Positions 1 to 14,010 of a stretch of 64,000 bases of DNA are shown here, piece by piece (within the stretch, counting starts at the first letter, position 1; each line of letters begins with the position of its first letter). Source of the stretch: Strigamia acuminata (lineage: Eukaryota). The stretch spans positions 11,594,001 to 11,658,000 of the forward strand of contig OX442314.1 in assembly GCA_949358305.1 (NCBI GenBank), given 5' to 3'. A program made the position numbers and the translations under genes. Under the pieces are notes generated by a model, which saw only the letters and a list, made by a program, of their open reading frames with translations, made no database searches and had not been told where the DNA came from.

Positions 1-3000
1 CGGTTTTTCTCTCATTTTTTTTTACTGAATTTAATCCTCACTAACCCGAGATGGCGCTGCACATCCGAGTGGAAGGGTGAGATGAAGGAAACAGAAGAGG
101 GGAGGGGTAGGGTGGGGAAGGGTGTGCACGGAGGGGTGTGGGAGGGGGCGATGGGGAAAAAAACGTCACCACCTCCTCCTCCTCGCTTCTTCCACCCCTC
201 GCAATTCGACCTTCCCCGAGTCATGGCGACATGTGAGTCGAGTTGCGCCGTGTCTCTCATTTTTTGCTGCGATCTCCATCTTGAACCGATCCACGTCTCA
301 CCTCATTTGTGCGTCTTTTATTCACAGTTTGGGATTTAATGTTTGGTAATGAAAAAAAATATTGGAGCCGCGTGTAAACTCTATTTTTACACAAGAATGG
401 AACGAGGAATTTTTGTAAGTGACCACTTTTTATTTTATTTTATTTTATTTTTTTAATTTAAAAAAAAAAATGTTATTATTTTTTTTATCGTGTCAAAAAT
501 GGGTGAAAGAAGAAAAAATTCTTCTCACCTTGTTATCGCTTTGATTGATTATGTGTAATTTATGAAACACGACACCAAAAACCATCAAACAATCTTTCTT
601 TATCTCGTTTACTAACCGCGGGCAAGCGAGTCGCAAAAATTGTGGGTGCAAAAATTGATTAACATTAAATAGGCCTAAGTTGCGCAGGTGAATATTACAT
701 ATTTTGTTTTTCTAGTCGCCCTTATAATTTTGTTTTGCCATAACATTTGCCGGTGGCGAATTTTTTTGTTTTGGTAAATATTTTTTTTCTTCTCCCCGGA
801 ACAAATTTCCACGTGCGGCTGCGTGCGGTCTTTGAAACGCTCACTGAAACGCTCACCGATTTCCAAAATTGATAAGGCTGCGAGTAAATAATTGGTACCG
901 ACAGGATTTTTTGTATTTTTTTCTATATTATTATTATTAATATTATTATTATTAATTTTAGTAAGTGTGTTTTTTATACGTGCAGTAAATATGCGCTTTT
1001 TTATTGTATTGAAAATTCCAAATTATAGAATGAAAAAAAGGGTCCAGTGAGTTTGAATGGGTGCAGAAAGGCAGAACGCTACAACGGCTGCTGGACTGTC
1101 GTAATGACCCCCTCAAAACCCCTTTTTTGCAAAAAAGGGTGTCGCGAAAGCGCGATAAAACGTGCAAAAACGAAAAAAAAAGAAAAACGTGAAAACTCGG
1201 CCATTGTGATGTTAATTTTCGAGTTTTAATTTATTTTATTATATTTTTTAGCTTTTTTTAGATTTTCTTTTTATTAATGTCCGTAAAATTAAAAATCCTG
1301 TATTTTCCCCCCTTGTACACAAATTTAAATTCCAAATTCACACAATCTCAATTTTCAGCCGAATTTAACAGCAGATTATACAAAAACTCATCAATCGCTT
1401 AATCCCAGTCACCCACTCAGTGTTGCGTCTAAAATTGGTGATTTTTCTCGTATTTGTGTCGACAAATCATTGGTAATTTGTGCACTGATGGCCGTTTATT
1501 CGGACTCAATAATTTTCGTGGCTTTGAACACAGATGCAAAATTTAATTGCACACTTCTCCAACGTCCGACAAGTTTATTTTCCATAATAAATAAATAAAT
1601 AATTTCGAAAACACCATTATCTTGTCTAAACTTTTCCTTCTCCGTGAGGAATTACAGTTAATTGGCAAATTTGATTAAAATGTTAGCGTCCACATTTCCT
1701 CTCGTGATTTGATTACACTACAACATTTTATCTGACTTGACAATTTCACTTGAGGTCCGCGAACAAATAAACAGCAGCCCCTTGTTAAGTTAAGGTAATT
1801 TTATGTAGGTAAAAATCCTTCTCCCTTCGTATACTCTGTAATTAAGAACGACATTCGCCCACACAAATTTCTTAAATACATTTTTCGCTATCAAAAACAA
1901 CGTCAAAGTTAAAAATTATGACAAACTTGCGCCTAATCTCATTCAAATATTTTTATTTTCTCATAATTTTTTTCTCTCTTTTTTATTCACAGTTATTTGG
2001 ATGTGCTATGGTGGCGACCCCTGTGAAATGCTGTGAAAAATATTCAATTTTTATCCCATTTTTTAAAAAAAAATCATTGTTTTCGATGTATGAAATCGAC
2101 AAAAAAGAAAAAATATTTTTTTTTTTTTATTATTCCCCTCCATTTTCAATTTTAGAATCGGAATGGACATTCCAATATCGGACACCGAATCCATAAACTC
2201 CCTTTAGGCAAACGACGATTCCCAAATCCAATAACGAGTGACCGCAAACATATCGAAACAACATTTTCAAATTCAATTTTAAAAGAAAAACGAAAAAAAA
2301 TCCAACAAAAAGAATTCAACTTTTAAAAATTAAAAGTCAAGAAATACATCGATTAAATATCGAAAAACTCCAAGTGTCAAAATAAGTGTTTACATACAAT
2401 GTCGACTACTTCATTTTTTCCCCGCTACTTGTGCAACTGACAGTCGCAGATGCCGCTGAGTGTCACTCACAGGGTGACCGCGAGTACAACTTGCTTACCT
2501 GAGGGACAAACAACTCGTGGGGAGGTTTTTGTGTCTCGGTTTTGGCACAACGCCGTCTTTTAACGGTTTTTGATCCCATTAGGAAACGGAGAATTGTAGA
2601 AATTTCACCGCTTTTTATATTCATTCATTTTTTCTAAAAAAAAAACTCTTTCGTGCGTTAGTAGTATAAATGATATGTAGGATGAAAGCAAAGAAAAAGA
2701 ACCTAGAGACCCTAGTTAATTTGATGAATTGCACTTCAACGTTGCTCCCACTTATGTGTCTACCCTTTCCGTACATAGAAATTTTTTTCTCTCTTTAATT
2801 TTTTAAAGGAAGCAAGCAATGTCATACCACACATTGCTAAGAATTTTTTAATTTTTTTTTTCAAGATTTATTTAAAATTATAATTTTCTAATTTGAATTC
2901 CAAATTCCTCGTTGAAAATTAAAATTTTGAAAATCGAGAATTTTACTTGTAAAAGTTGAAAAATAAAAATATAATGAGAAAACTTGTCTAAAATGTCTGT

Positions 3001-6000
3001 TTTTAATGACGATTCCAATACACGGTCCAAAAATATAGTTTGCAATGCATTGCATTCCAGAATGTAAGTACACATGTATTATTTCTACATTAAATAATGC
3101 ATTTCATAATACAATGTATTCATATTTGACAAATAATATAGTATTGCAAAGCAATAGGACGCAAAAATATATTCCAAAATGCATTTAAAAACACATTGCA
3201 ATATAATTCCAACGTATTTTTGAACCATATGTGTTTCTACCTTACAATTCCTCAATATTTCCTCCCTAAAACATGTAAATCAATGGATTTTAGGCCTCAA
3301 ATGTCTTTTTTCGTCATGTTTTTAATTGTATATCATTTCCAAAACAAAAAAAAAAGAAAAAAAATTGATTAAATATTTGGAGGGAGAGGAACGATAAGCC
3401 TATAGACATCCAAGTGGTGAATTGATGACGATGAGAGCACAGGGACAATTTTAAAGAAGATGAAGATTGATGCAAGAAGAAATCGGTTGCAATTTGAAAA
3501 CAAAACCAGTGTTTCAAGTTAATTTCCTAAAGATGTTTATACAAAGATGAAAAAAAATATATAGTGGCTTTGAATACACACATATAGAAAACCCACGAAA
3601 AAGTCTCGAAAAAAATATAAAATATTCATTTTGTTGATGGATCCCCTTCAGACAACACTCTTATCGGTGTTGTTTGCACGGATTTTCGAGTGAATAGATT
3701 AAGAAGTTTTGTAACAAAGTGCAAGTGACGAGGAAATGTAAGCTATAGTAATGAGTTCAGATTTCGTGTAAGCTCGAGATAAGATTGTGTAGGAAGTAAA
3801 GAAAATGCGCTGCGTCGAGTGTCGCATCAGAGTGGGAGAAAGAAAGCGAGCAGGAGAAGCCGAAGAGGAAAGAGAGGACGCAATAAACCAGCTTACAACT
3901 GAATGCTTGCTTTTGTCTCAGTTAAAATTAAGGTAAAAATGCATGCGTCGGGACGGCGAGAGAAAATGAACAGCTGCACCGATATATGGTCGACGGAAAT
4001 GCACCACTTGCCATCCCACAATGCCTCTCTTGCAGCACAAAAGCGTCTCCCACGAGAGAGCGCCATGGACTTACTCGCGCCCACCAATTGTGCATCTATT
4101 GATTGGGAAACGCAGGCGGGTCATTCTTAACCCCCCCATAGCAAACAAAAAAATTGTTGCAACAGTTGTATATAGAAAAAAAGGTTGAAGAGAAAAGTGA
4201 TTACACTGTGGTCCTTTTCTACACATCAGCCATCACCGCCCACGCCACAAACGCTCAATATGTGTACACAAACAAACCCCTTCCCTCGTCCTTTCTGCCT
4301 ACGCATCCTTCTGTCTCTATCTTCGCCTTTTATCCAATTCTTTCTTCTCTTCAATGTTGTTCACGCTGCAGGGACTTTTGACAAATGACGCTTCTCGAGT
4401 CGTCGTTATAAACAGTGACTTTGTTCTTGACGAATGAAGTTTTGCAAGAAAGTGGGGGAAAATGATTTTTTTTTTTTAAGTGGGGAAAAAAAATTATTTT
4501 TTTTTTTTCTTGTTTGTGTTCGAAGCACCGCAGCTGCACTTGTTTTCGAGTTGGTTCATTAAAATTAGCGTGAAGAAATATAATTATAGCTGGTTAAGTG
4601 ATAGCACGGTGAGTTTATCTGGTTTGCGTATTTTTTGGGAATAAAATGAATTATTTTGTTGTTGTGCAGATGTTTCGTTTACACGATCAAGTTTTGTTGG
4701 GAGGGAGAGATAAATAATAGACCTTTTGTCATTTGACCACTCAGAGAATATAGTGGAAGTACCCGCGATATTTTTTTTGTGTTTATTTATATTTTATGAA
4801 CAAAATGCTTTTTATTTCTTTTAGATTTTTTTTTTTTTTTAAAAAAAAAATCTAAGAAGAGAATTGTAAAGTGAATTGTAGAAAAGAGTATTGATCAAGA
4901 AGAAGAATCCATTAGTGAATTTTCAAAAGATCCATCTCTTGGATTATAATCAAGAGTAATTCCAGATCCAATTTTATAGCTCGAAAAAATGGCGGCGGAA
5001 AGTAAATTTAATAAAAAAAAAATAAATTAAAATTTGTATTTATTTATCGATTTTTTTGTGGTATAATTTTAAAAAATTAAAAAAAAAAAAATCAATTTTT
5101 TTTTTTTTTAGAATTTCAAGTAATTTGAAAATTTTTCTCTCGAAATTAAGAGGAAAAAATAGTTGGTCGGTGCGACAATGACGTCATCCCTATGCGCGTT
5201 GGGTGAAAATTTGGACGAGTTCTTTCTTTCAGCAAGAAAAGTGAACCGACCTTACCGCCACCCGTCACACTTTTTCCCTTTTTTTCCACAGCTCCCTGCT
5301 CCATTTTGTTTTCTCCAATTTCACATTTTTCCTCACATATTTTTTCTAGTCTAAAAATCCAATTTGGAATATATATATATATACGGAGACCCGCAACCCG
5401 GAGAAAAATATACCCAATCAAATGCAGGTAAATTCATTCAAATCAACAACTTGTTTGTCCGAGCATCCGTGCCAGTTTATTCTTCCACCCGGCTGCGTCC
5501 AAAACCCCGTTTTACATCACAATTTTTCCGCTTAAATTTCCTTTTCACCGATATTCATTCCCGTATTCACTTATTCCATTCTTATTTCACATCTACACGG
5601 ATTTACACGCCGCGCAACGGATAAATCACAGTTCTAGCCAACTATTTAACACGAAAAAACCGTGTAGTCAGGTATACAGACCCAACTCACCTTCAGCCCA
5701 TTCTTTTTTTTTTCTATGTGGTATGTGTGTTAAAGGTGTGGCTCATGACTGCGAATGGTCTCTCTTGTGGTCTGATGGGGGTCATATAAAGTTGAAGCTG
5801 CGGGTTCGAGCAAACGGGGTTGAAGCAGGGGGTGAAACGCGGGGAGTCAAAGAAAAAAGACAAAAAAAAAAAATATAAACATTGAAGGTGATGGTCGTAT
5901 AGAAAATCGGAGCAAAAATCGCGTCGTAAATGGACTCGAGATGCGTTCGGACGTGGTCTCGCGAGTGCGGCACGTGCCACGACATGTCGAGTCTATTGAC

Positions 6001-7797
6001 TTCCGCGTGCCCTAGAAACGCCCAGAAAAACACGCCCAGTAACAAACAACAACAACAAGTTTGATGTACTAAACAAGACTGGCTTCTTCTCCCCTTCCAT
6101 TCCACCCATTTAGCCGCTCAAAGTCGCGCATTCTGTCGGTGTGACCGGTAAACAAGAGGGCAGGTTGTTAGTAAATAAGGGTCAAGCGGGTTTCGTCTTG
6201 CATGCCATTCAAACGCCACCAAAGGAGGGATGATGCCTTTTTAACAAAGCGCGCCTTTCAACACCTCCAAACAGGCCGAAAATGCAGCATGGCACCACTT
6301 GCATGCCAAGCACGCGACACCACCCAATTAAGTGCTTAAGACCCGACACCTTCGACACGGCCATCACTAACCCTTGAATATTTCATACGCTGCTACTGCG
6401 CACCGAAACAACAAAATGCGTGTGCAAATTTACATATTTTGTAAGATTTACGATTAAATTTTTATATATTTCTAATTTTTATTTTTAAATTATTTATTTC
6501 TCCAGGATATTTATAAATTTTGTTAAAATTGTGATTTTTTAAGATTATATAACAATTAAAACGGTGTTGTTGTCAAGGAGAAATAAACACAGAATGAACG
6601 TTTGGATATGGAGCTTTAATGCAAACTTAAATGATGCATCAACAATTTTCGATAATGAAACAATGATGGATGTAGTTGTAATTTTTATACACGCGCACCT
6701 TACAAATTTCCAACCGATTTCTCGGGCAATAAAAAACGCTTTAAGAAATTGAAAAATTTTGGGGGATAAAAATTGTGAAATTGTATATCTGTGTGTGCAT
6801 AAAAAAGGAGAAAATATGGAAGAAAATGGAAGAAGAAAGAAGAAAAAAAACCAGTCGGTTCTTTTAAAAGAGAGAAAATTTCAATATAAATGGGAAATGT
6901 GTATAGAAGTGAATATGGGTCATCTGTATGCACGCTACAGTGCTCCGAAGCAAAGTATTATGATGTACAAGGGAATAGTCTGTGGCGAGCATATTGCCGG
7001 CGTATAATGCGAGATTTTCGCTTGCGATGTGTTGCAAGTCTTATCGCAAACGCAGCAGCCTCTTGTAATGTGTCCCTAACCCCCACAAACGGGACATTTC
7101 TTTGCTCATAATTTTAGATATGGTTCATCATTAGAAACGGCATCCCTCTCCCATGTTTTGTTTACGATACAAACGAGAGATTACGCAAACGACAAAATGT
7201 TTTACAATTCTATCTGATCTGATTTGACTCCGGGGAATGCTTCTTATCATTCACTTATGTACACAACTGATAATGTTGTTTGTTTCTATTTATTTGCTTC
7301 TATAGTTATTATTATAAGTGAAAAGTTTGAGGTAAAAAAGGGATGATGGACACATGGGTGTGATGTAATATCCACAAGAAAAAAATTCTTTTTTTTCTTG
7401 TCAAGAAGAGTGATTCAGCAAGTCAAATGTGGACAAGACTTTGGCCGACCACACCACATCCATGCATCAGCTTGGTAACTCCAACAGCTGGTCCGTCCAC
7501 GCGCAAAGTAAAAATTTGTACCTTTTTACCTCCTTAGAACACAAAATAAAAAATTTATAAAATATGAACGAAATCTTTGTAAAAAAGAATGAAAACAAGC
7601 GCAATTCACTCGTCATTCCAAAAATATCAATTCTAATCAATTTTTCTTGAAAACTATCAAAAAAATCAATTGTTTTTATACTGCTGTTTAAAAAAGCGTA
7701 AAAAACAAGATGAAATAACATTTATCCTAATACGAAAATGCGGTTTTGTTAGCGGTGAATTGAGATTTTAGTTCGAAATAAAAACTATTTTTCCCCC

Positions 7798-7997
7798 NNN
7801 NNNNNNNNNNNNNNNNNNNNNNNNNNNNNNNNNNNNNNNNNNNNNNNNNNNNNNNNNNNNNNNNNNNNNNNNNNNNNNNNNNNNNNNNNNNNNNNNNNNN
7901 NNNNNNNNNNNNNNNNNNNNNNNNNNNNNNNNNNNNNNNNNNNNNNNNNNNNNNNNNNNNNNNNNNNNNNNNNNNNNNNNNNNNNNNNNNNNNNNNN
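7798..7997. other. Assembly gap (200 N)
   Basis: Run of 200 n characters. Confidence 0.99.
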
Positions 7998-9956
7998 GTC
8001 TACAGAACCGGGGTCTCCTCTCATTCTCTGTCGAAAAAGCAAACGCACGATCCGGGAGGACAAAAACGGGCGAGCTGCTGTCAAACGCTCGCGTTCAGCT
8101 CCTCCATCAGCCGGAGCTCGAGGGTCCAAATTGAACTGATTATGGATGAGAAAGAAAGAATAAAAATATATAAAAAAAAAAAAAAGTCGAATATGACATG
8201 GAGGAATGGACAAATTTCTATGACTTCGGATATTGGAAGAGAAGAAAAACCCGAAATAGATGAACCTCGCTCTTCTTCCATTCAAAATAAAAAAAAAAAA
8301 AAAAAAAAAAATCTTCAAAACGCAGGAGCATTTAAAACATTTATCCATCGAGTTCGAACTTAATATCGGAATAAAAAAAAATATTAGACATGTCAATCTG
8401 GAGTAGACGCATGTTGGCATGTTTGTTCGTATTGCAATCAAACTCAAAGAGACACAAACACGAACCACCGAGTTTGTCCTGGACCGTTGCAAACAAACTT
8501 CAATTTATTTTATTAAAGAAAAAAGAAAGTGTAAGAAGGTGGAGGATGGAAGAAAGAGGAGGAAGAGGAGGCCGTCTTTAGTGGAAAACGTTGTATCGCT
8601 GATGCACATGAGCATTACAAGCACTAATCCCTTGTGAGCCTCCAGAGAGAACTAATCCTTTCTCCCAAGAGGGAATTTCAGGACTTTGCACGACTCCAAC
8701 GATGCATTCACCAAACAAACTTGCATTTGCTGCCAAACTAAAAGTTTGTAAACTTTTTTTTTCTATTTTATCCTTCTTCAAATTTTATTTATTTAACATA
8801 AAACAATCTTAATTTCTCGACGCTTTTTTCATTTTTTCTTCTTCATTTTCAAAATAAAAAATTCCAAAAAAAAAAAAAAAAAAATTGTGATATTTATATT
8901 TTTTATAATATCATAAAAAAAGGTATTTAACGCTCGAATGGCGTCTCATCAAGGGTCCACTCGAATCCATAAACTTAAATGGAAATTGAAGAGTCAAATG
9001 GAGCCGGGCAATTTCATCCTTAGAGCTTCACATCACCTTATTATGACTTGCAATCGCTCGCTGCCCGAGACGTTACCGCGAGCAAGTTTTTTTCCCTGCA
9101 TGGCTCACTTCAATATCGTGGTTGGGGTCCACCATCCATATCTGCCACACCTGCAATGATCTCCCAACCCATCCACCAAACCCTATCCCGCGCTTCGATA
9201 TTGATTGGAGACGACGGGCCTCGCTTGGATGCGCCACGGGCGATGGCTGCCACTGCCCGCCTTGCAAAACTCACTCAACCTCGTACATCATACCTGATGC
9301 CAAGGTGAGCTTCCTTTATTTCCTACACACAACCCACCCATCCAAAAAAAAAATTTAAATCAGAAAAACGGAAATTTGTATTGAAATTTCCCTTTGATCT
9401 CGGAGATAAAACCGAGATAAAATTAAAATGTTAAAATTAAAAAATAAAAAAATAAAAATTTTTAATGAAATATTTAAAAATTCATGTGTTGTGTGTGTTT
9501 GAGAAGTCGTGCTAGAAAACAACATCGTCTTTAGTTTTGGCCACCTTTCCGATTCGACTGCAAATTGGCCATTAATGAGCACGCGCGCCTTCGCTTATGT
9601 TAATGAGATAGGCGGAGCTGGGAATGGAATAACTAATTACGAGCTGGCAGTGGGTGGCAGGTGTGGTGAGAGCATCTTCTAATACCTGTACACAGCACAA
9701 ATTCCCCTAACGTCAACATTGCTTAATGAGGAAAAATGTAAAATGGCAACCGGCTGGATAGCAACGACCTCCACTCACCAACGACCGCCATTTTCTTAAC
9801 GATCCGAACCAAAAACTAATAATAAACAAAAACTCGATCCAAAAATATCAAGTTTTTCACTCTAAATTCAAACTATGTCTACATCGTGTCGCCTTTATTT
9901 CACAACTTTTTTATTTACTTCCACAAATCAAACATAATACATCGTCCGACTAACTG

Positions 9957-10430
9957 CAAACTCATAAAATATGCACAAAAGCGTCGAAATTTACACTAAA
10001 ACTCACAAAATCAGTTCAAAATCTGTTCAAAATCAGTTCAAAATCAGTTCAAAATCGTGAAAATATATGCCGAAACTGATAAAATCAGTTCAAAATCGTA
10101 AAACTATATACAGAAACTGACAAAATCAGTTCAAAATCTTGGAAATTTACATAAAACTCACAAAATCAGTTTAAAAACAGTTTAAAATCGTGAAAATGTG
10201 TACAGAAACTGACAAAATCCGTTCAAAATCTTGGAAATTTACACTAAAACTCACAAAATCAGTTTAAAATCAGTTCAAAATCGTGAAAATTTATACAGAT
10301 ACTGACAAAATCAGTTCAAAACCGTAGAAATTAACAGAGAAACTCACAAAATCCGCTCAAAATCATCGAAATTTACACACAAACTCACAAAATCAGCTCA
10401 AAATCATCGAAATTTACACAGAAAACTCAA
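9957..10430. repeat. Degenerate minisatellite, ~40-bp unit built on AAAATCAGTTC
   Basis: Recurrent aaatttacac..aaaactcacaaaatcagttcaaaatc units with local expansion of the 11-mer. Confidence 0.85.
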
Positions 10431-13400
10431 TTTCCCATAAAATCAAGCAATCAACCCTCCTCTATTCCTTTCACAACACTACACCAAACCACAAACCAGT
10501 TTACTGTCGCGTCCCGGTAGATGGCACCTCCATCCACAGCCCCCTTTAACCCTTATACCTCAATTCAAACCAAAAAAAAAAAAATCTTAAACCCAAAAAA
10601 AAAAAAAAACCAAAAAAAAAAAAAAAAAAAAAAAACCATTTAATTTCAATTTATCACAATCATCTCAATTCAATCTCTTCCAAATCTCAAAACCCACAAC
10701 ACAAACCACAAATGCTCACACACATGACAAGTCGTCACCCCCATTCCAAAAACCAAGTTGAAATTCTTCCCAAAAAAACTTATTATTCATGAACACTGGA
10801 ATCCCATCTAAAATTGTTTCCACGCAAGCTAAAGGTATAGTATAACAAAGATTTTTTCCACTCCCCCATATCTTACACCCATTCCCCTGGTCCTCCTTTT
10901 TCCATACTAGCCTTTAAATTCCTCACACTTCTTAACCGACCCGAAATACTCAATTCTGTCGAAATAGAGCCGTTTGCATAAGAATGAAAAGCAGACAACT
11001 TGTGAAACCATTCCTCTCTCTCTCTCTCTCTCTCTCCCTTTTTTTTAAAGGCAAAAGCACGTGTAAAATACCTTGTGAAGATAAACGATTATTGATTTCA
11101 AATAAGAATTGGTCGTGTGCGGATAGGTCTATTCAATTTCACTCAAGAAAAGCATCTTGCGCAATTTCCTTTGATAGCAAAGAGAAACGTGAACAGCCCA
11201 CGTCCCCCGAATGTACTCTCCACAATCCTTTTTCCCTATCTTATTTTTTTTTTTTATATTCAAATCCTCCTTTTGTCCACTTAGACTAACGATCTCTGCA
11301 AAGAGGATATTTGCTAAGTCCACCGTTCACGTGGTCACTTCAATTATACGGGGGAATCGAATCGAGGAATAAATCCCGAGCAACTCGTTATGAATGGCTA
11401 ATGATCGAGATAAAGAGGAAGGAAAAAAGAGGGGTAGCGCCAAAGGAGGGGCTCTCTCTCTCTCTGCGAGTGTTTTCCTTTTTTTAACTTCCTTTTTCGG
11501 TAGCCACTCCTAATGAGCAGCGTCTGCCAAGGGCTGGAGATTTATAGGAACGCTCGGCCACGGAAGGCGAACGTGGGGATGGGAAAAAAGAGGCGAAAAA
11601 AAATTTGAAAGGAAATGCCATAGGAGAAGAAGAAGTAGCAATGTGGGTGTACAGTAACGGTTGTGAAGAGTGGGTGTTTACATAATAGCGTGCAGGATGT
11701 GAGAAGAGAGGAGGAGGGGTGTGGGAGGGCGGGGTGGTGAAAAAAATAGGAAGGGAAGAGTTACGGCTCTCGAGTGCAGGCAGGCACTCGAACGCGCGCT
11801 CGGACGCGTCTCGATCGTTGGCGCCTCGAGAAATGGACCCTAATAGAGCCTCTTACGATCTGTATGAACACGAGAGCTATGAAAAAGGGAGTGACCATTT
11901 CGAGGCTGGGCGCCGCCTCGCCGCGAAGGCAAAAACGCAAAAATTTATAAAAAAAAAAAAAAAAATTGCATGCATGATGAAACACGGGCTCGCCGACCCC
12001 TTCGTCATCGAAGACGCCTCCCAGGACCCGACAAACCCACCCACAGAAAAGAGGAGGAAGCTGCGAGACGTCGCAGTGCGTTCTTTTCATGGCACGCACA
12101 CGCACACAGGAGATTGTGTGTCGTGGACGCGCGCGCTGATTGAGAACCTCGATATAACGAAGCGTTGTCGAGTCGACCCGACGTTCAAAACCTGGACACA
12201 CAATGGCCGCTCGATTGCATTGTAGAAAAGCTGGCCTCTTCATCACCTCGGCAACGGGACTCACATGCACAGCACCCTTTTCATCGCTTTTCCCATTCTT
12301 TATTTCCCTCCTTGAAGAATTCCTCCTATTTACGCGGGTGTCGGTCAAACTCTAAGCAAAACTGCAACGCACAAGGTATACAATTCGACGGTAGAGTGAG
12401 TTGCGCGCCCCACCCACGGTTGGGCGGCGAGTCCCCTGTAGTGTCGTCGTTGCAGTGGTCCAGCGATGCATGCAAATGACCTGATTCATATCTGGCTAGC
12501 AAGAAAGGGAGCCTGCCTCTCTTTGGAGGAGTCAGTTAACCCTTTGATCACGCCTCGTCTTTGCGACAATGCGCGGGGTGCCTCGAACGAGGACTTAATT
12601 GCGAGTTGGTTGTTTTTCTTTTTGGAAGATGTTGCGTGGCGCGCTGCAGCGAAGAAGCTGCGGAGCTCCGAGCGAGCGGTGGGGTTGAGTCGGGGCCGTA
12701 AAGAGAGAGTGAGAGTGGAGTTTTGGTGTTGGTTGGGGCCCTCATTTCATGGCGAGTACAAAAATTTATAATCTGGAAAATATAAAACATGACGAAGCCA
12801 ACTTTGCACAACAAGAGCGTTGCTTTTGGCACGCTTGGCGAGTTCACACTCGAACGAGAGACATAACCCAGGCAACAAAATATCTTCCTAATACAATTTC
12901 TTGGCTCGCTCCATTCACCATCACCGAAGAGAACGCTGTCCCCATGCACAAATTCAACGTGTCGCCGTCACAAAGATTTAAGCTTGCTAAGCAAATACGT
13001 AAAAGAAAAGAAAACAGACACCGACCACTCATTATTTTCTTTTTATTTAATTTTTTTTTAGTTGGAAATTATTTTTTACGAGAATAATTAAAAAGTTGGC
13101 AATTTTTTTAATGGTAGAAACCTAGAAGGAGATGGAGTAAGGAGTGTGACGTCACGGGGGAGGTGGAGGAGAGGAGTCGGGGAATGTGGAAGAAGTTGGC
13201 TTAAGATAGTGATGCGGAGTTTTAAGCGCGTGTGCAAAACAAAAAACCTTTTTAGCCATTACGAGGCTTACACGAGCGATATCCGAGTTAAAAGAGGAAG
13301 CTAATAAATAAGAAATGCAGCCGGCTCAATGTGAACAAGACCAAACAGGAAGATATCAACACCTCGTCCAAAGACTTACCCTCGGGATTACATTGGATTT

Positions 13401-13499
13401 TACATTTCTCAATGTAAAATTAAAATCTTATACAGATAAGAAATTACTGTAAACGCTTTATTGAAAGAAACTGTAGATTTAGATATTGAATTCAATCGA

Positions 13500-14010
13500 G
13501 TTGATCAATTTAAACATTTATTTTAGTGTTCATGATCAATTTAAACAATTATTTTAGTGTTCTTGATCAATTTAAACATTTATTTTAGTGTTCTTGATCA
13601 ATTTAAACATTCATTTTAGTGTTCTTGATCAATTTAGACATTTATTTTAGTGTTCTTGATCAATTTCAACATTCATTTTAGTGTTCTTGATCAATTTAGA
13701 CATTTATTTTAGTGTTTTTATCCGATTTAGACATTTATTTTAGTGTTTTTATCCGATTTAGACATTTATTTTAGTGTTTTTACTCAATTGAGACATTTAT
13801 TTTAGTGTTCTTGATCAATTTAGACATTTATTTTAGTGTTTTTATCCAATTTAGACATTTATTTTAGTCGTTTTGTTCAATTCAGACATTAAATTCAGTC
13901 GTTTTGTTCAATTCAGACATTAAATTCAGTCGTTTTGTTCAATTCAGACATTAAATTCAGTCGTTTTGTTCAATTCAGACATTAAATTCAGTCGTTTTGG
14001 TCAATTTAGA
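13500..14010. repeat. 31-bp minisatellite, ~16 copies
   Basis: Unit gatcaatttagacatttattttagtgttctt, grading into a variant ttcaattcagacattaaattcagtcgttttg at the 3' end. Confidence 0.92.

Noticed and set aside
7785..8492. 235-aa ORF
   Set aside because: It runs through the N gap and poly-T tracts and has no domain signature.
11719..12348. Overlapping 168-aa and 195-aa ORFs in a GC-rich patch
   Set aside because: They cross a long poly-A run and have no recognisable motifs. Such ORFs are expected by chance in GC-richer DNA.
13500..14010. 31-bp array (also the arrays at 10 kb and 59 kb) as a CRISPR array
   Set aside because: The units are contiguous with no unique spacers, there are no cas genes, and the context is eukaryotic. 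These are ordinary minisatellites.
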